Source of the DNA: Diplonema japonicum
Lineage: Eukaryota; Protista; Euglenozoa: Diplonemea
Length of the DNA: 64,000 nucleotides
Reading direction: 5' to 3'
Assembly (NCBI GenBank): GCA_964019335.1
Contig: OZ025733.1
Span: 310,001-374,000, forward strand
This document shows, piece by piece, positions 35,001 to 43,362 of this stretch (its first letter is position 1; each line of letters starts with the position of its first letter). The notes beneath the pieces are model-generated. The model saw only the letters and a program-made list of their open reading frames with translations. It had not been told where the DNA came from and searched no databases. The translations under genes and the position numbers were made by a program.

Positions 35001-38000
35001 TCATGACAACGGCCACCTTCAACCCGGGTGAGGAGGAGGACGTCATTGAGGCGCAGCCTGGCGACTCAGCCGCGTCTCCGCAGCTTTTAAAGAACTTCGA
35101 CACAACTTCTGAAGGAACCATCGTCATGTCCAGCTTGCACAGCAAACGACCCCCAACGCAGAACCACGCGAACCAAGACGCGGACGCAGCTACAGAGGGA
35201 GGGCTCACACCGCTTCACTACTTCAAGCTCGAAGGCGTTTCTTTCTTCGTCACTGACACACTCCGACGGTACCCCATACACTTTCTTTTGAAGCTCCTTG
35301 CTGAAAGGCGTAACGAGCTGGACGATGACAGCGAAGCAGGGAGCCTGCACCCTTCGCCGCGGCTTCCCGAGCACAGCCACGAGAACATCAAACGCATGAA
35401 AAAGGAACAACACAACAACCTCCTCTCTGTCATCAAAAAGACTATTCAGTTTTTGAACTCTCGCGACCCGTTCTACTTTTTGAAGTGGGTGCACCGGAAG
35501 TGCGAGGGGATCACGCCTTTGAGGCTGGCCATCCACCTCCAGCTGGACGACATCGTGGAGTGCATGATCGGCCTGCAAAAGACCCAAGGCGGGCTTTTGA
35601 AAAGAAAAATAAGCTACGACCCTGAACGGTTGGAAATGGACCACTTCGTGGACATTTGGGGATGCAGGGAACCGGACAACGAAGGGCTTCTCCCATTACA
35701 CGCAGCGATCCTACAAGTCGGTGTGGTGGACTACGTGGATAACGTCGCAACGGGCGGAAGATGGGAGGTGACGGGTGAGAATGGGGAGGAGCTGGCTGTC
35801 CCAAGGCATAAACGCCCGTACCGGGTCAGAAACTACTACGACGGGAAAGGAATGAAAATCACGAACCCGCTGATGGCGTACAACTCTGCTGACGGGTCTC
35901 TGGCTGGAGATGCGATGATGCTGCCGATCTTCTTAATGGAGGATGAGAACAGCGTGGCGTTCCGACACCCTTCCAACCTCCCGCGGCTCATGTCAGAGAT
36001 CCATCTCCTGCACGAGAGGAGAAAGCTCGTCACGTACGTCGACACGAGTGTAGACGCAGACACCACGAACCTCGGCGACGGTGTCAACCGTTCCATCAAA
36101 CTCCTCAAACAGCTCATCGCTTGCTCGTTCGTCGAACGGTCCATCATCGTTGGAGGGAACCCTCCCCCTCGTGGGTGCAAACAATACATCGAGATCCCGA
36201 AGGTGATCGACCGTGCCGACCGGTCCATCCTCACCTCCATTTCTCACAAGACGCAGAAGGTCATGCTGTCTCGAACATGGGACCGAACAGGTGTCAACGA
36301 AAACGTCCTGATGCGTGACGGCGCGATTGAGAGTATGTCGGGCACTGCTCTCCACCTTGCTTTGAAGTTCGCTCCTTATGTGGTTCCCAATCTCCTCACT
36401 TGGGGCGACCTCATTGAGCTTGAGCCCACCGTGCGGCTGTCGCCATCGTGGCTCGGCATCATCCATCTTCAGTACCGCAAAGGGTTCAAAAGCGTTAATA
36501 TTCAAAACGATGTACCTATGCTCGGACAGATCACATGGGAGGAGGAAGACTCCGAGCTCAACCTCGCGCACTGGGCTGCGGTGAGAGACCAGAAACGGCT
36601 GCTCGAACGCGTTGTGCAGGAAAACCCAGAATGCATGTCGCAACGCACGAAGCGGCTTGAACGGACTGCCCTGCACTACGCATGCTACTCGGGGTCTTTG
36701 GAATGTCTCAATGTCCTTCTGTCCGCCTTGTCCGACAAGACAGAGGGCACAGGTGTGCACACCCTTGATGTCGAGGGCAACACACCCCTGCACATATCTG
36801 CTTCGCTGTGCCACCCCATATGCACAGAGACATTGCTTGAAGCAGGCGCACGGCCTTATTGGAAGAACAAGAAGAGCTCCGGAGGGTTGGACCCCCACGA
36901 CTGCAGCATTGCGTTGCTGCTCCACCACACCCACAAGGAAAAAGACTTCCACAAGGAGAACCTTGCAAGGGAGTGGGAGAGGGACGCCACCATATTGAAG
37001 AACCAGATCTCACTTCTGAACCAAGACCCGAGGATTCAAAGAAAACTATCGTTGCAGGCCACCAAGTCATTCTTACTCGAAGCCTCTTTCTACTTACTAT
37101 TCTTGACGATGCTGTGCATGGTGGTGCACAACAAGACAGGGCTCTTTTCTGCGGACGGGTACTTCAAGACAGCTGGGGTGCGCGAAGAGGTACTGCACGA
37201 GGAGTTCAGCTGGAACGACACAAGATTTGTGAAAAGGTTGGAAGACGTAAGCTCTGTGGAAGACATGTACTCGTTCTTAAGAGGGCCGGTGATCGACCAG
37301 ATGTTCATACAAGGCAACGGAGGCTCAGAATTCGCAACGCTGTTCGGATTGCTCCGCTTGGTGGGGACAGTACGGCTCAGACAGTTGAGGGTCAAGGACA
37401 TGACATGCCACAGGCCCAACTGGGTCAACACGTTCATCTCAGGATGCTACGGCGCATGGTCCACCGAGAACGAGGAGACCTCAGGGACACACTTTGGCTC
37501 TGCCTATATATCGCAAAGGGAAGACCCCGCGGTGTACGGATGGAGGTCAAAAATGAACCACCTTTACCCTAACGATGGATACGCCATCGATCTTTTCCCC
37601 ACCGACATCTTTGGCAGCCTGAAAACACTACAGGACCTGGAAGACCGATCATGGGTCGACCTTCAAACACGCGCGGTGTTTGTGGAGTTCACGCTGTACA
37701 ACCCCAACGTGCACACCTTCATGGTGGGGAAGGTTCTGTTCGAAACACCGGAGTACGGCGGGTGCCATTCATCATACAGACTCACAAATGTTCGTATAGA
37801 ATGGTGTCTACCCGGCGGAAGGGTCAACCAGCTGGAATGCCAAAGCACCTACGACGAGGTTATCTTCTTCTTGGAACTGTGTTTGCTTGTCTCTGTTGTG
37901 TTCCTAACTTACGACGAGCTCTTCGACATGTGGAACTCCTGGAAGTACGTGCAACAGATGATCCAGGACGAGGAAAAACGGAGGATGAAAGAGAGCAAGG

Positions 38001-39172
38001 AAAGGGAGCAAGCGGGGCAGAGGGTCAACAGGTATTCAAAACTCTCGACACCGTCCAAGCCGATCGACGACACGCCATGCTCGAGGAAGGTCTTCAACTT
38101 CACAGCGTACCTCTGGCACGGTCTGGCACACTATTTCTGGAGAGAATGGAACCTTGTCGATTTGCTCAGTGTAATAATGTTCTGGCTTGTTGCCGGGACA
38201 CGGTTTTCGTTCATCAACGAGACGATGCATGTGGACCCGGAGGACCTCATAGCAGACAATTCAACCTTTTTAGACCTCTGGCCGATAGCGGCCTTGACCC
38301 GAGCAGAACGCGAACTGTGGGCGTTGGTTCTGGTACTGTACGTTGTCAAGCTGTTGAAGTACATCATGATCCTCCCAAAGCTGGGCTCCGTCGCCACAGC
38401 AATCACAACAACGATTGGTGACTCGAAGGTTCTGATCTTCTTCGTTGTGTTCATGGTCATCACGCTGTCGCTCATGCTCGGGATCCACCTGCTACTGTCG
38501 GAGTCGAGTCTGGGATACAAATCATTTGGTGACACGCTTCTGTCGTTCATGCAAATTGTGTTCGGGCAGTGGGACTACAACTCCTTCACACGAGAATCCT
38601 GGCTGATCGGACCCTTCTTGTTTCTCTGCACGCTGTTCCTTGCAAACCTTGTTCTGATCAACGTGTTCATCGCGGTCGTTGGAAACATTTACGAAGAGAA
38701 TCTCCGAAAATCTGTCGAGAGATGGAGCTGGCAGATCATTGACGAGTACCAATACAAACTGACGAAAATACCCCGCCCAAGGGGAACGGGAAATCCTGTC
38801 ATGGCTGCTCTTTCGAAATTGTTTTTCTGCTGGCTGCGTGTTATGAACAAGGTGGTTTTGCGGAACGGGCGAAAAGAAGATGCACACGGTTTGCATGATG
38901 TTACAAGCGAAAACCTTGAAGAATTTCCTACAAGGGTTATGAGGAAGGAGGCCGTGCAGAGATTGCTTAAGTCACAGCAGCGGATCCAAACAAACCTTGC
39001 TGAAGTAAACGAGAACGTTGACAGCGTGAAACATAAGGTTCTTGCGAACACCGCTACGCTGGACAGAATCCACGAGCAATTGGACAAACTTGATTCTTCA
39101 ATGCACCACCTCCAGTCGTCTCATGATGAGCTGCGCTTAATGGTGATATCTAACCAAGTTGTGCATTCTTGA
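29054..39172 (+). CDS. Giant NADAR-domain / ankyrin-repeat / polycystin-2 (TRPP)-type cation channel, 3372 aa
   Basis: NADAR (LSPFF...WTSSEHYYQAMKF...DW...IMYAAMKAKFEQN...LLSTG, 30062-30460); many ankyrin repeats (TPLHAAARSGH, TPLLIAS, GNTPLHISA); polycystin/TOP motifs RLRQLRV and WVDLQTRAVFVEFTLYNPN; six TM segments with pore FMQIVFGQWDY and S6 LVLINVFIAVV; C-terminal coiled coil. Single uninterrupted ORF. Confidence 0.88.
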   Translation: MTTNPNLLTRPGSPLMDLGRRGSSQVPGGLGIGLNSWRRMKGGMGPPPPKRRVSIFKSDKVVKDGDKGHKDGQEVELCEGLPRGLRALTVPQGLKVPGLQHSIYGCTAQWPLPPLRERSKEQDDPVLQSPRAPPQRYDDDTSLTLEALRASHSSTFRVIKESQGRPSTPTSRGGAPRSLTLQADTNTVQVYLTSPTCSEGMTMTHLFLCGTNIGDIVLYQTTELQPVEPLRPSDLANVVDGDYERPPPDADQQVIRGDKMTIFKGGSDSLGWKEFRVVSPKRCVSALLIILMKTDDHLNTSSTLGASLGWRKLHQKVTSENASQATLSIEGSCAGTKWKELSPFFLCSFHLDGVKWTSSEHYYQAMKFNDGGLQQDVANAETAETATALGKQLGPIRADWLEAREDIMYAAMKAKFEQNQDCKKVLLSTGTKKLLFPNGKNPFWCSRSSDSTEPTNIYGYLLEKLRSEFQSEETRRGLRRTAMALQLDSIEVVGYDSLVHPVTSVSSKDLLRVKERVVTPLYLSVLQNDVEAVRRQVQVIKTHHDINVVEAVLRAGLPGGTASGSTCLHAAAKLGHVEILKILLQHGADPQIQNDRLSTPLHAAARSGHTECMELLLRDKNGHSAAMIMDCVGSTPLMVAVESRKKAVIRQLLSLGSEVTDAVRVSDNATLMHIAAKRLDVSTLLLLKDHKEHATYVTVNNETPLHWAFKGGKENDEDKLSDLKMQRVGEKQSKVIDVLLEYGADLRGVTDEGVNAMHLAAENGSELGLSALLKAAGENWHDLLYQETDDGYTPLMKAGKMNHIGTMSLILTRRWNARGGTTSFVQSGGWNEMNLMQALVVAAEAGHNEVLTEFGPRVQLRAFTAGYDWSLALLLAAENGNTEIMRFLLGKEVLPNARLFDGHPEQEKFGDATPLLIASKKADHEIVNMLLEQADNYMSKADILEWFTCRHNMRGHTPLLAAIHAFEEMGDAALQTVDLLLAFAKICDININTMNIGQEDPWLVICNHGVEIELDDPTAAGRKIPVAHGSEVGVIEIVNDYHVHVASPHQGWITIDDPTSPPIAQMETPLHAAVSTKSKELVMRILNHCNVDAKMLQVALEQPDKRSLTPLLLATSMHLPDISKILVEKGADPNAKNINQETVVHILAKWPGRNSEAVMMLECFSEKVLKNRAYFLSPVEDYQTDTIGYSVGYSTTLDIKIPAARSVLVDLLLCKSKPFKEQGAMTALETACTHGAVAVADWILQQYHFAKSYLSAEQMTRVEVDNRRGFEFAAKKLPLHRDRDKLTTSFVIPNRSASVRNTPGEEEHIHFAAIVNLMFQAGVPIPLSIMQRPDVEMPVETEWLAPLEMLFSVVLELEPTEFPSEEENGKKVHRLILPLHQQWMPDEQGDMVRCTTRSDDVLLALSRALEMGGIVSFMRKTKVGQQMIHGARRLTSGRIPFQEVEILQVMKHEILEKENVRTRFDFVLTQNGVHVQVQLLRAVADEIRIRFKKDKKLLKIGYLWHYNTSSEVLKIDTTSDVLSFAFFYVDDMETFQLAEWVQMLIDDEILEYNIDNGWFPLGQALDTCLDESAPMVNQVHSLQAIIRDPYSCDRYDHFFKTLSRKRGDDAFELFEEPAEAKAAEERLHDHAITLTTSAVMSQTLMTFLQFRVVQQKLNPLRLLDVTGVILEPEHEDMLEKWIGAPNGVFSNLQLLRFNSRRFGPIEVTPKLGEEASEVRPLHSLAADNFTLDLKFITCTARDDTPRVEFIQQTESTKLYKDFPEDFDKEDQENILKAEEELKALVDIEDMQNVLSMTIERLREQGVRWRSLRDIGLGTDEEFEALSLKKNKQKVQRKAAKEAERLLQTFGNLGKESYVLYFSAPKRYDVLLKLMNGKRQKTDTVNEIFDRLGTGGRGIQIDLGLFQSAEGVNFQFGHVKALLEYVKRHKAVRSLRFTDLNFLNENEENQEAAVREFIQAKLLRGLTCRNIDFGKENKHVGEIFMTTATFNPGEEEDVIEAQPGDSAASPQLLKNFDTTSEGTIVMSSLHSKRPPTQNHANQDADAATEGGLTPLHYFKLEGVSFFVTDTLRRYPIHFLLKLLAERRNELDDDSEAGSLHPSPRLPEHSHENIKRMKKEQHNNLLSVIKKTIQFLNSRDPFYFLKWVHRKCEGITPLRLAIHLQLDDIVECMIGLQKTQGGLLKRKISYDPERLEMDHFVDIWGCREPDNEGLLPLHAAILQVGVVDYVDNVATGGRWEVTGENGEELAVPRHKRPYRVRNYYDGKGMKITNPLMAYNSADGSLAGDAMMLPIFLMEDENSVAFRHPSNLPRLMSEIHLLHERRKLVTYVDTSVDADTTNLGDGVNRSIKLLKQLIACSFVERSIIVGGNPPPRGCKQYIEIPKVIDRADRSILTSISHKTQKVMLSRTWDRTGVNENVLMRDGAIESMSGTALHLALKFAPYVVPNLLTWGDLIELEPTVRLSPSWLGIIHLQYRKGFKSVNIQNDVPMLGQITWEEEDSELNLAHWAAVRDQKRLLERVVQENPECMSQRTKRLERTALHYACYSGSLECLNVLLSALSDKTEGTGVHTLDVEGNTPLHISASLCHPICTETLLEAGARPYWKNKKSSGGLDPHDCSIALLLHHTHKEKDFHKENLAREWERDATILKNQISLLNQDPRIQRKLSLQATKSFLLEASFYLLFLTMLCMVVHNKTGLFSADGYFKTAGVREEVLHEEFSWNDTRFVKRLEDVSSVEDMYSFLRGPVIDQMFIQGNGGSEFATLFGLLRLVGTVRLRQLRVKDMTCHRPNWVNTFISGCYGAWSTENEETSGTHFGSAYISQREDPAVYGWRSKMNHLYPNDGYAIDLFPTDIFGSLKTLQDLEDRSWVDLQTRAVFVEFTLYNPNVHTFMVGKVLFETPEYGGCHSSYRLTNVRIEWCLPGGRVNQLECQSTYDEVIFFLELCLLVSVVFLTYDELFDMWNSWKYVQQMIQDEEKRRMKESKEREQAGQRVNRYSKLSTPSKPIDDTPCSRKVFNFTAYLWHGLAHYFWREWNLVDLLSVIMFWLVAGTRFSFINETMHVDPEDLIADNSTFLDLWPIAALTRAERELWALVLVLYVVKLLKYIMILPKLGSVATAITTTIGDSKVLIFFVVFMVITLSLMLGIHLLLSESSLGYKSFGDTLLSFMQIVFGQWDYNSFTRESWLIGPFLFLCTLFLANLVLINVFIAVVGNIYEENLRKSVERWSWQIIDEYQYKLTKIPRPRGTGNPVMAALSKLFFCWLRVMNKVVLRNGRKEDAHGLHDVTSENLEEFPTRVMRKEAVQRLLKSQQRIQTNLAEVNENVDSVKHKVLANTATLDRIHEQLDKLDSSMHHLQSSHDELRLMVISNQVVHS

Positions 39173-39874
39173 TTTTTTTTTTCCCCCATTCTTTGATCAT
39201 TTTTTTTTTGTTTCCCCTTCCCCCCCTTTTTTTTTCAAATAGAATCATTATGCAGGGAAAAAAAAAGAAAAAAAAAGAAAGGGCAAGGGAAAGGGTGTTT
39301 TTTTTTTGTGTGTGTGTTGCCTTACCGAAGCCTCGTTGCCCTCCCCCCCCTTTTTTTTTGTTTTTTTAAAAAAAAGTTAAAAACAAGATTATAACCTTTT
39401 TATGCGGTTTTAAAAAAAAACCCCCTCCCCCCCCCCCCACGACGCTTACTCTCTATATACCAGTCTAGTCTTCCCCCAAATATAAAAGCTGTTCACACAA
39501 AAAAAGTAGAGTCCGAGTTCATGCCATTGTTTAGACAAATAGTAAATAGCAATTTTATGAGTCATTGTAACAAGTGGGGTGCTTTGCATGGGCTTTTGAG
39601 GTGTGCGTTCGATATCTTTTCTTTCTTTGACAAAAGGAGAGCAACACCTATACGTGAGATTAAGATTATTCGTTCTTTGCTTTTTTTTTTTTTTTCCTCT
39701 TTTTTTTTTTTTTTGTTTAAACAGAAGAAGAAAAAACGAAAGCGGCCTGCCCTTAAACATTTGTTTTTTTCTGTCTGCGTTCTGCACACTTACTCCACGG
39801 TCAGCGTGACCAAATGATCTTTGTTTGTTAGGCCGGTGGGCGGGTCTTAACTAGATTTTTTTTTTTTTTTTTTT

Positions 39875-40004
39875 TTTGCATGAACAAGAAAAACAATATA
39901 TTGATAATGAATTGTTATTGCTAAAAAGAGTTGTGGTAGCATTGATGGGCTTATCCTTCTACAGGTTGATCCCGGCTGTGCACAAACAACAATCAATCGA
40001 CTCT
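39875..40004 (+). repeat. Dispersed structured repeat, copy 3
   Basis: Diverged copy of 8201-8322 that retains both stems. Confidence 0.6.
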
Positions 40005-40471
40005 TTTTTTGCTTGAACAGAAGAAAAGGAAAAGAAAAGAAAATCTTTTTTTAAAAAAGAAAAACTTTTTTGTTTACGTTGTATTTTTTTTTTTTTTTCC
40101 CTCTTCGAATAGAGGTACGGAATATTGGCCACCTTTGGTAAAGAAAAAAGAATGGGGAAAAAAAAAAAAAAAAAAAAAAATGACCAAAAAAAAAAAAAAA
40201 AAAAAAAAGGTGGAAGACAACCAAAAAAAATAAAATAAGGGGAGTTTTTCCACAACCACCCCCGGACCCAGAACGGTATCCCCACAAAAATAAAATAAAA
40301 GGAGAAAAAAAAAAAAAAAAAAAAACACCCTGGGTTTTTTGTCGTGGTCCCCCTCCCCCGCACTTTCCCCCTTCCACCTTTAAAAAAGTTATTTTTTTTT
40401 TTTTCCTTTTTTCCTTTTTTTTTCCTTCCATTTTCCCCCCTCCTCCAAGTTCAAATCAAAAACAAAAAAGA

Positions 40472-40513
<42 letters not shown>

Positions 40514-40520
40514 ACATAAA

Positions 40521-41894
40521 ATGGCAGCAATGACAGATGATGGAAGTGGTGTGATGGAACGGCAAATAGAAGGCCTCGTGAAAATACACAAAAGGGGGAA
40601 GGACAAATACGTGGATATACTAAAAGATTACGATGTTGAAAAAACCGTGGAAGAAGTGAAGAGAAGAGGTGCGCAAAGAGTGGCACTGCAGATGCCCGAC
40701 GAGCTTCTACGTGACGCAACAGCGGTACAGAAGTCACTGAGAGAACGCTGCGAAGGTGTTTTGTTCGTTGTGATGGCGGATACCGTCTTCGCACCGTGCT
40801 GCGTCGACGAAGTAACAGCAGAACACATCAACGCGGACCTTATTTTAAAATATGGCCATTCTTGCTTCACCGCTACATCACGCACACCAGTCCACTTCGT
40901 CCCTTACCACCTGTACAGCAATAATTCAACCCGTCCTGCAAACAATTCCAACACTACCGTTCACATCAACCCCTACAACGTCCCATCACATGAAAATTTA
41001 TCAGCCATCACACCGTTCATCGTGTCCGGTGTTTCAATCCCCTTAACATGTGAGGAGATAATCGTGGAATCGCATGACAACGACGGTGGTGTGCTTCAAC
41101 AATGCTGTCTGTGGGAGGAGTACCGGTCCATCTCAGGGCAACCTGGAACTGTCGTTTGCAACAGCGACGAGTTAGACAACGTCAGAAGGAACGTGAAGAA
41201 ACGGCTTCGGCAAAGAATGTTCTTAATAGAAAAAGTGAAGGATGTTGAGGTCATCGCCATCGTAGTCGCCTCCCTTGCGATCAAGGACTACGCGAAGACA
41301 GTTGAATACCTCAAAAGGGTCATCACAGCAAGCGGTAAGCAATACGTTGTGGTTTACGTGGGTAAGCTGAACGTTCCAAAGCTCACAAACTACGAGGAGG
41401 TGGATTTGTACTGCGTCATCGCCTGCCCTCAATCCACATGGTTTGACACCAAGGAGTACCCAAAAGGTGTTGTCACACCCATGGAAGTATCTGCTGCCCT
41501 TTGCGAAATCAAGCCCGAGTTCGATAACGGGAACGGCCCTATGATGCACAGCTTTTACTATTCCCTTGAGCTCGAAGCTGCCATGCGGTACTTCGACAGT
41601 GACACCATGGCCGCAGTCGACGATGACATTTCCCTCATCACAGGAGCTGTCCGAGCGTTGCCCAAAGATGAAACCGATGTTGGTGACGATGAAGCCACGC
41701 ACACTACTTCAACTGGAACGGTTATTACGTACAGCCAGAAGCAGCTTGTTGCTTTTCAAGAATCCCCACTTGTCTCCCGTTTGCATCAACGGAATTATCA
41801 AGGCCTCGAGGCCAACACGGGTGAGACCCCCGTGCAGGATGAAATCGCGAAGGGGCTTACAGGGATTGCAAGCGGGTATGCAAACGAGAAGTGA
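40521..41894 (+). CDS. DPH2: Diphthamide biosynthesis protein 2
   Basis: VALQMPDELL, ADTVFAPCCVDEVTAEH, YGHSC, VGKLNVPKLTNY, IACPQ and the DPH2-type C-terminus RNYQGL...GLTGIASGY. Confidence 0.9.
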   Translation: MAAMTDDGSGVMERQIEGLVKIHKRGKDKYVDILKDYDVEKTVEEVKRRGAQRVALQMPDELLRDATAVQKSLRERCEGVLFVVMADTVFAPCCVDEVTAEHINADLILKYGHSCFTATSRTPVHFVPYHLYSNNSTRPANNSNTTVHINPYNVPSHENLSAITPFIVSGVSIPLTCEEIIVESHDNDGGVLQQCCLWEEYRSISGQPGTVVCNSDELDNVRRNVKKRLRQRMFLIEKVKDVEVIAIVVASLAIKDYAKTVEYLKRVITASGKQYVVVYVGKLNVPKLTNYEEVDLYCVIACPQSTWFDTKEYPKGVVTPMEVSAALCEIKPEFDNGNGPMMHSFYYSLELEAAMRYFDSDTMAAVDDDISLITGAVRALPKDETDVGDDEATHTTSTGTVITYSQKQLVAFQESPLVSRLHQRNYQGLEANTGETPVQDEIAKGLTGIASGYANEK

Positions 41895-42046
41895 GGAAGA
41901 AAGAAAAAAGGCAAAAGAAAAAAAAGGGGGGGGGGCAGGAAGGGGGAAAGAGTCATCATCATTGGTTCTTTTTTTTTTTCTCTCGCAACGCGGTACGGAG
42001 TAAACACTTACGAAGGAGGGGAGAAAAAAAAAAAGAAAAGAAAAAA

Positions 42047-42859
42047 ATGGGGTTTAGCAGTGTGCTGATGCTAGTGGCGGTGGTGTCTGTAGTGGTTTCT
42101 GGAGAAGCTGATATCAGCAAGCCGTTTCCTGGGGTGACGGAGCTCACTGGGGACAACTTCCAAGCTACAACGAAGAACGGGAAATACTGGCTGGTGGAGT
42201 TCTACGCCCCGTGGTGTGGTTGGTGCAAAAAGCTCGCGGGTGAGTGGATGGCCTTGGGTGAGGCTGTTGGCGAGCACCAGAAAATTGCCGTCGGCAAGTT
42301 CGATGCCGTAGCCGACGACTCCAGCGATGTATGCTTCAGAAGGGCGGGAGAAAAAAAAAAAAAAAAAAAACAGATCCCAGACTCCTACAGGGTGAAGGGG
42401 TTCCCTACTATCTTGCTTATTAAGCCTGACGGAACCTTTGTATGTCGAAGAAAAAAAAAGCCCCGATTTTTTTTTTTTCCAGGCAAAGTTCACAGGGTCG
42501 AGGAACGTAAACGGTTTCCTTGCGTTCATCAAGGCTGAGACTGGTGTTGAGATCACTGTTAAGGTTTGTGGAGGGTGGAGGGGAAAAGAAAAGGGAAAAA
42601 AAAAATAAAGGTAAAGGACGAAGAGAGAATGGAGGGAGGGACAGGTGTGGTGCAGGTTCTTTCTGAGGAGACCTTCAACAAGCTTGTCATGGACAAGACC
42701 AAGGATGTCTTTGTTAAGTTTTATGCACCATGGTGTGGTCACTGCAAGAGCATGGTTCCTGAATGGAACGCGTTGGCCGCGGCTTACAAGGGCACCAATG
42801 ATGTTGTGATTGCTGAAATCGACGCCGACAAGTTCAGGAGCATCGGGGACAAGGTGTGG

Positions 42860-42893
<34 letters not shown>

Positions 42894-43021
42894 TCCAGCA
42901 AAAAATCGGTAGTTTCCCTACCATCAAGCTTTTTACGAAGGCTGACAAAGCTGGGATTGAATTCAGCGGGGCCAGGGTCATGGACACCTTCAAGAGCTTC
43001 TTAGATTCCAAGAGGAAGTGA
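42047..43021 (+). CDS. Protein disulfide isomerase, two thioredoxin domains (PDIA6/ERp38-like), 5 exons
   Basis: Signal peptide; FYAPWCGWCK and FYAPWCGHCK; introns 42329-42373, 42440-42482, 42564-42610 (or -42616) and 42854-42898 restore continuous domains. Confidence 0.88.
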
Positions 43022-43362
43022 AGAGAATTATAAGAAATAAAGGAGAGGTAAAAAAAAAAGAAAGTGTTCGTTACACCCCCCCCAAAAAAAAGAAACTCCT
43101 CCCACCCCACCCCTTTGGGCGTTCCCCCCGAGCAGAATTAAAAAAGCAAAAGGAAAACCACGAAAGGGGTCACTATGAACCAAATCCATTCGATCGGTGT
43201 GAACCACACTTCAGAAACAGAAAAGAGAAAAAAAAGAAAAAGGGGGGGGGTGTAAAAAGAAGCAGAATTGCCTTCTTTTTACTTTATTTTTATTTATTTA
43301 TTGTACGGACACTGTTCTTCTTCTTTTTTTTTTCTTCTTCTTTTGCTTGGGTTGTTTGTAGC

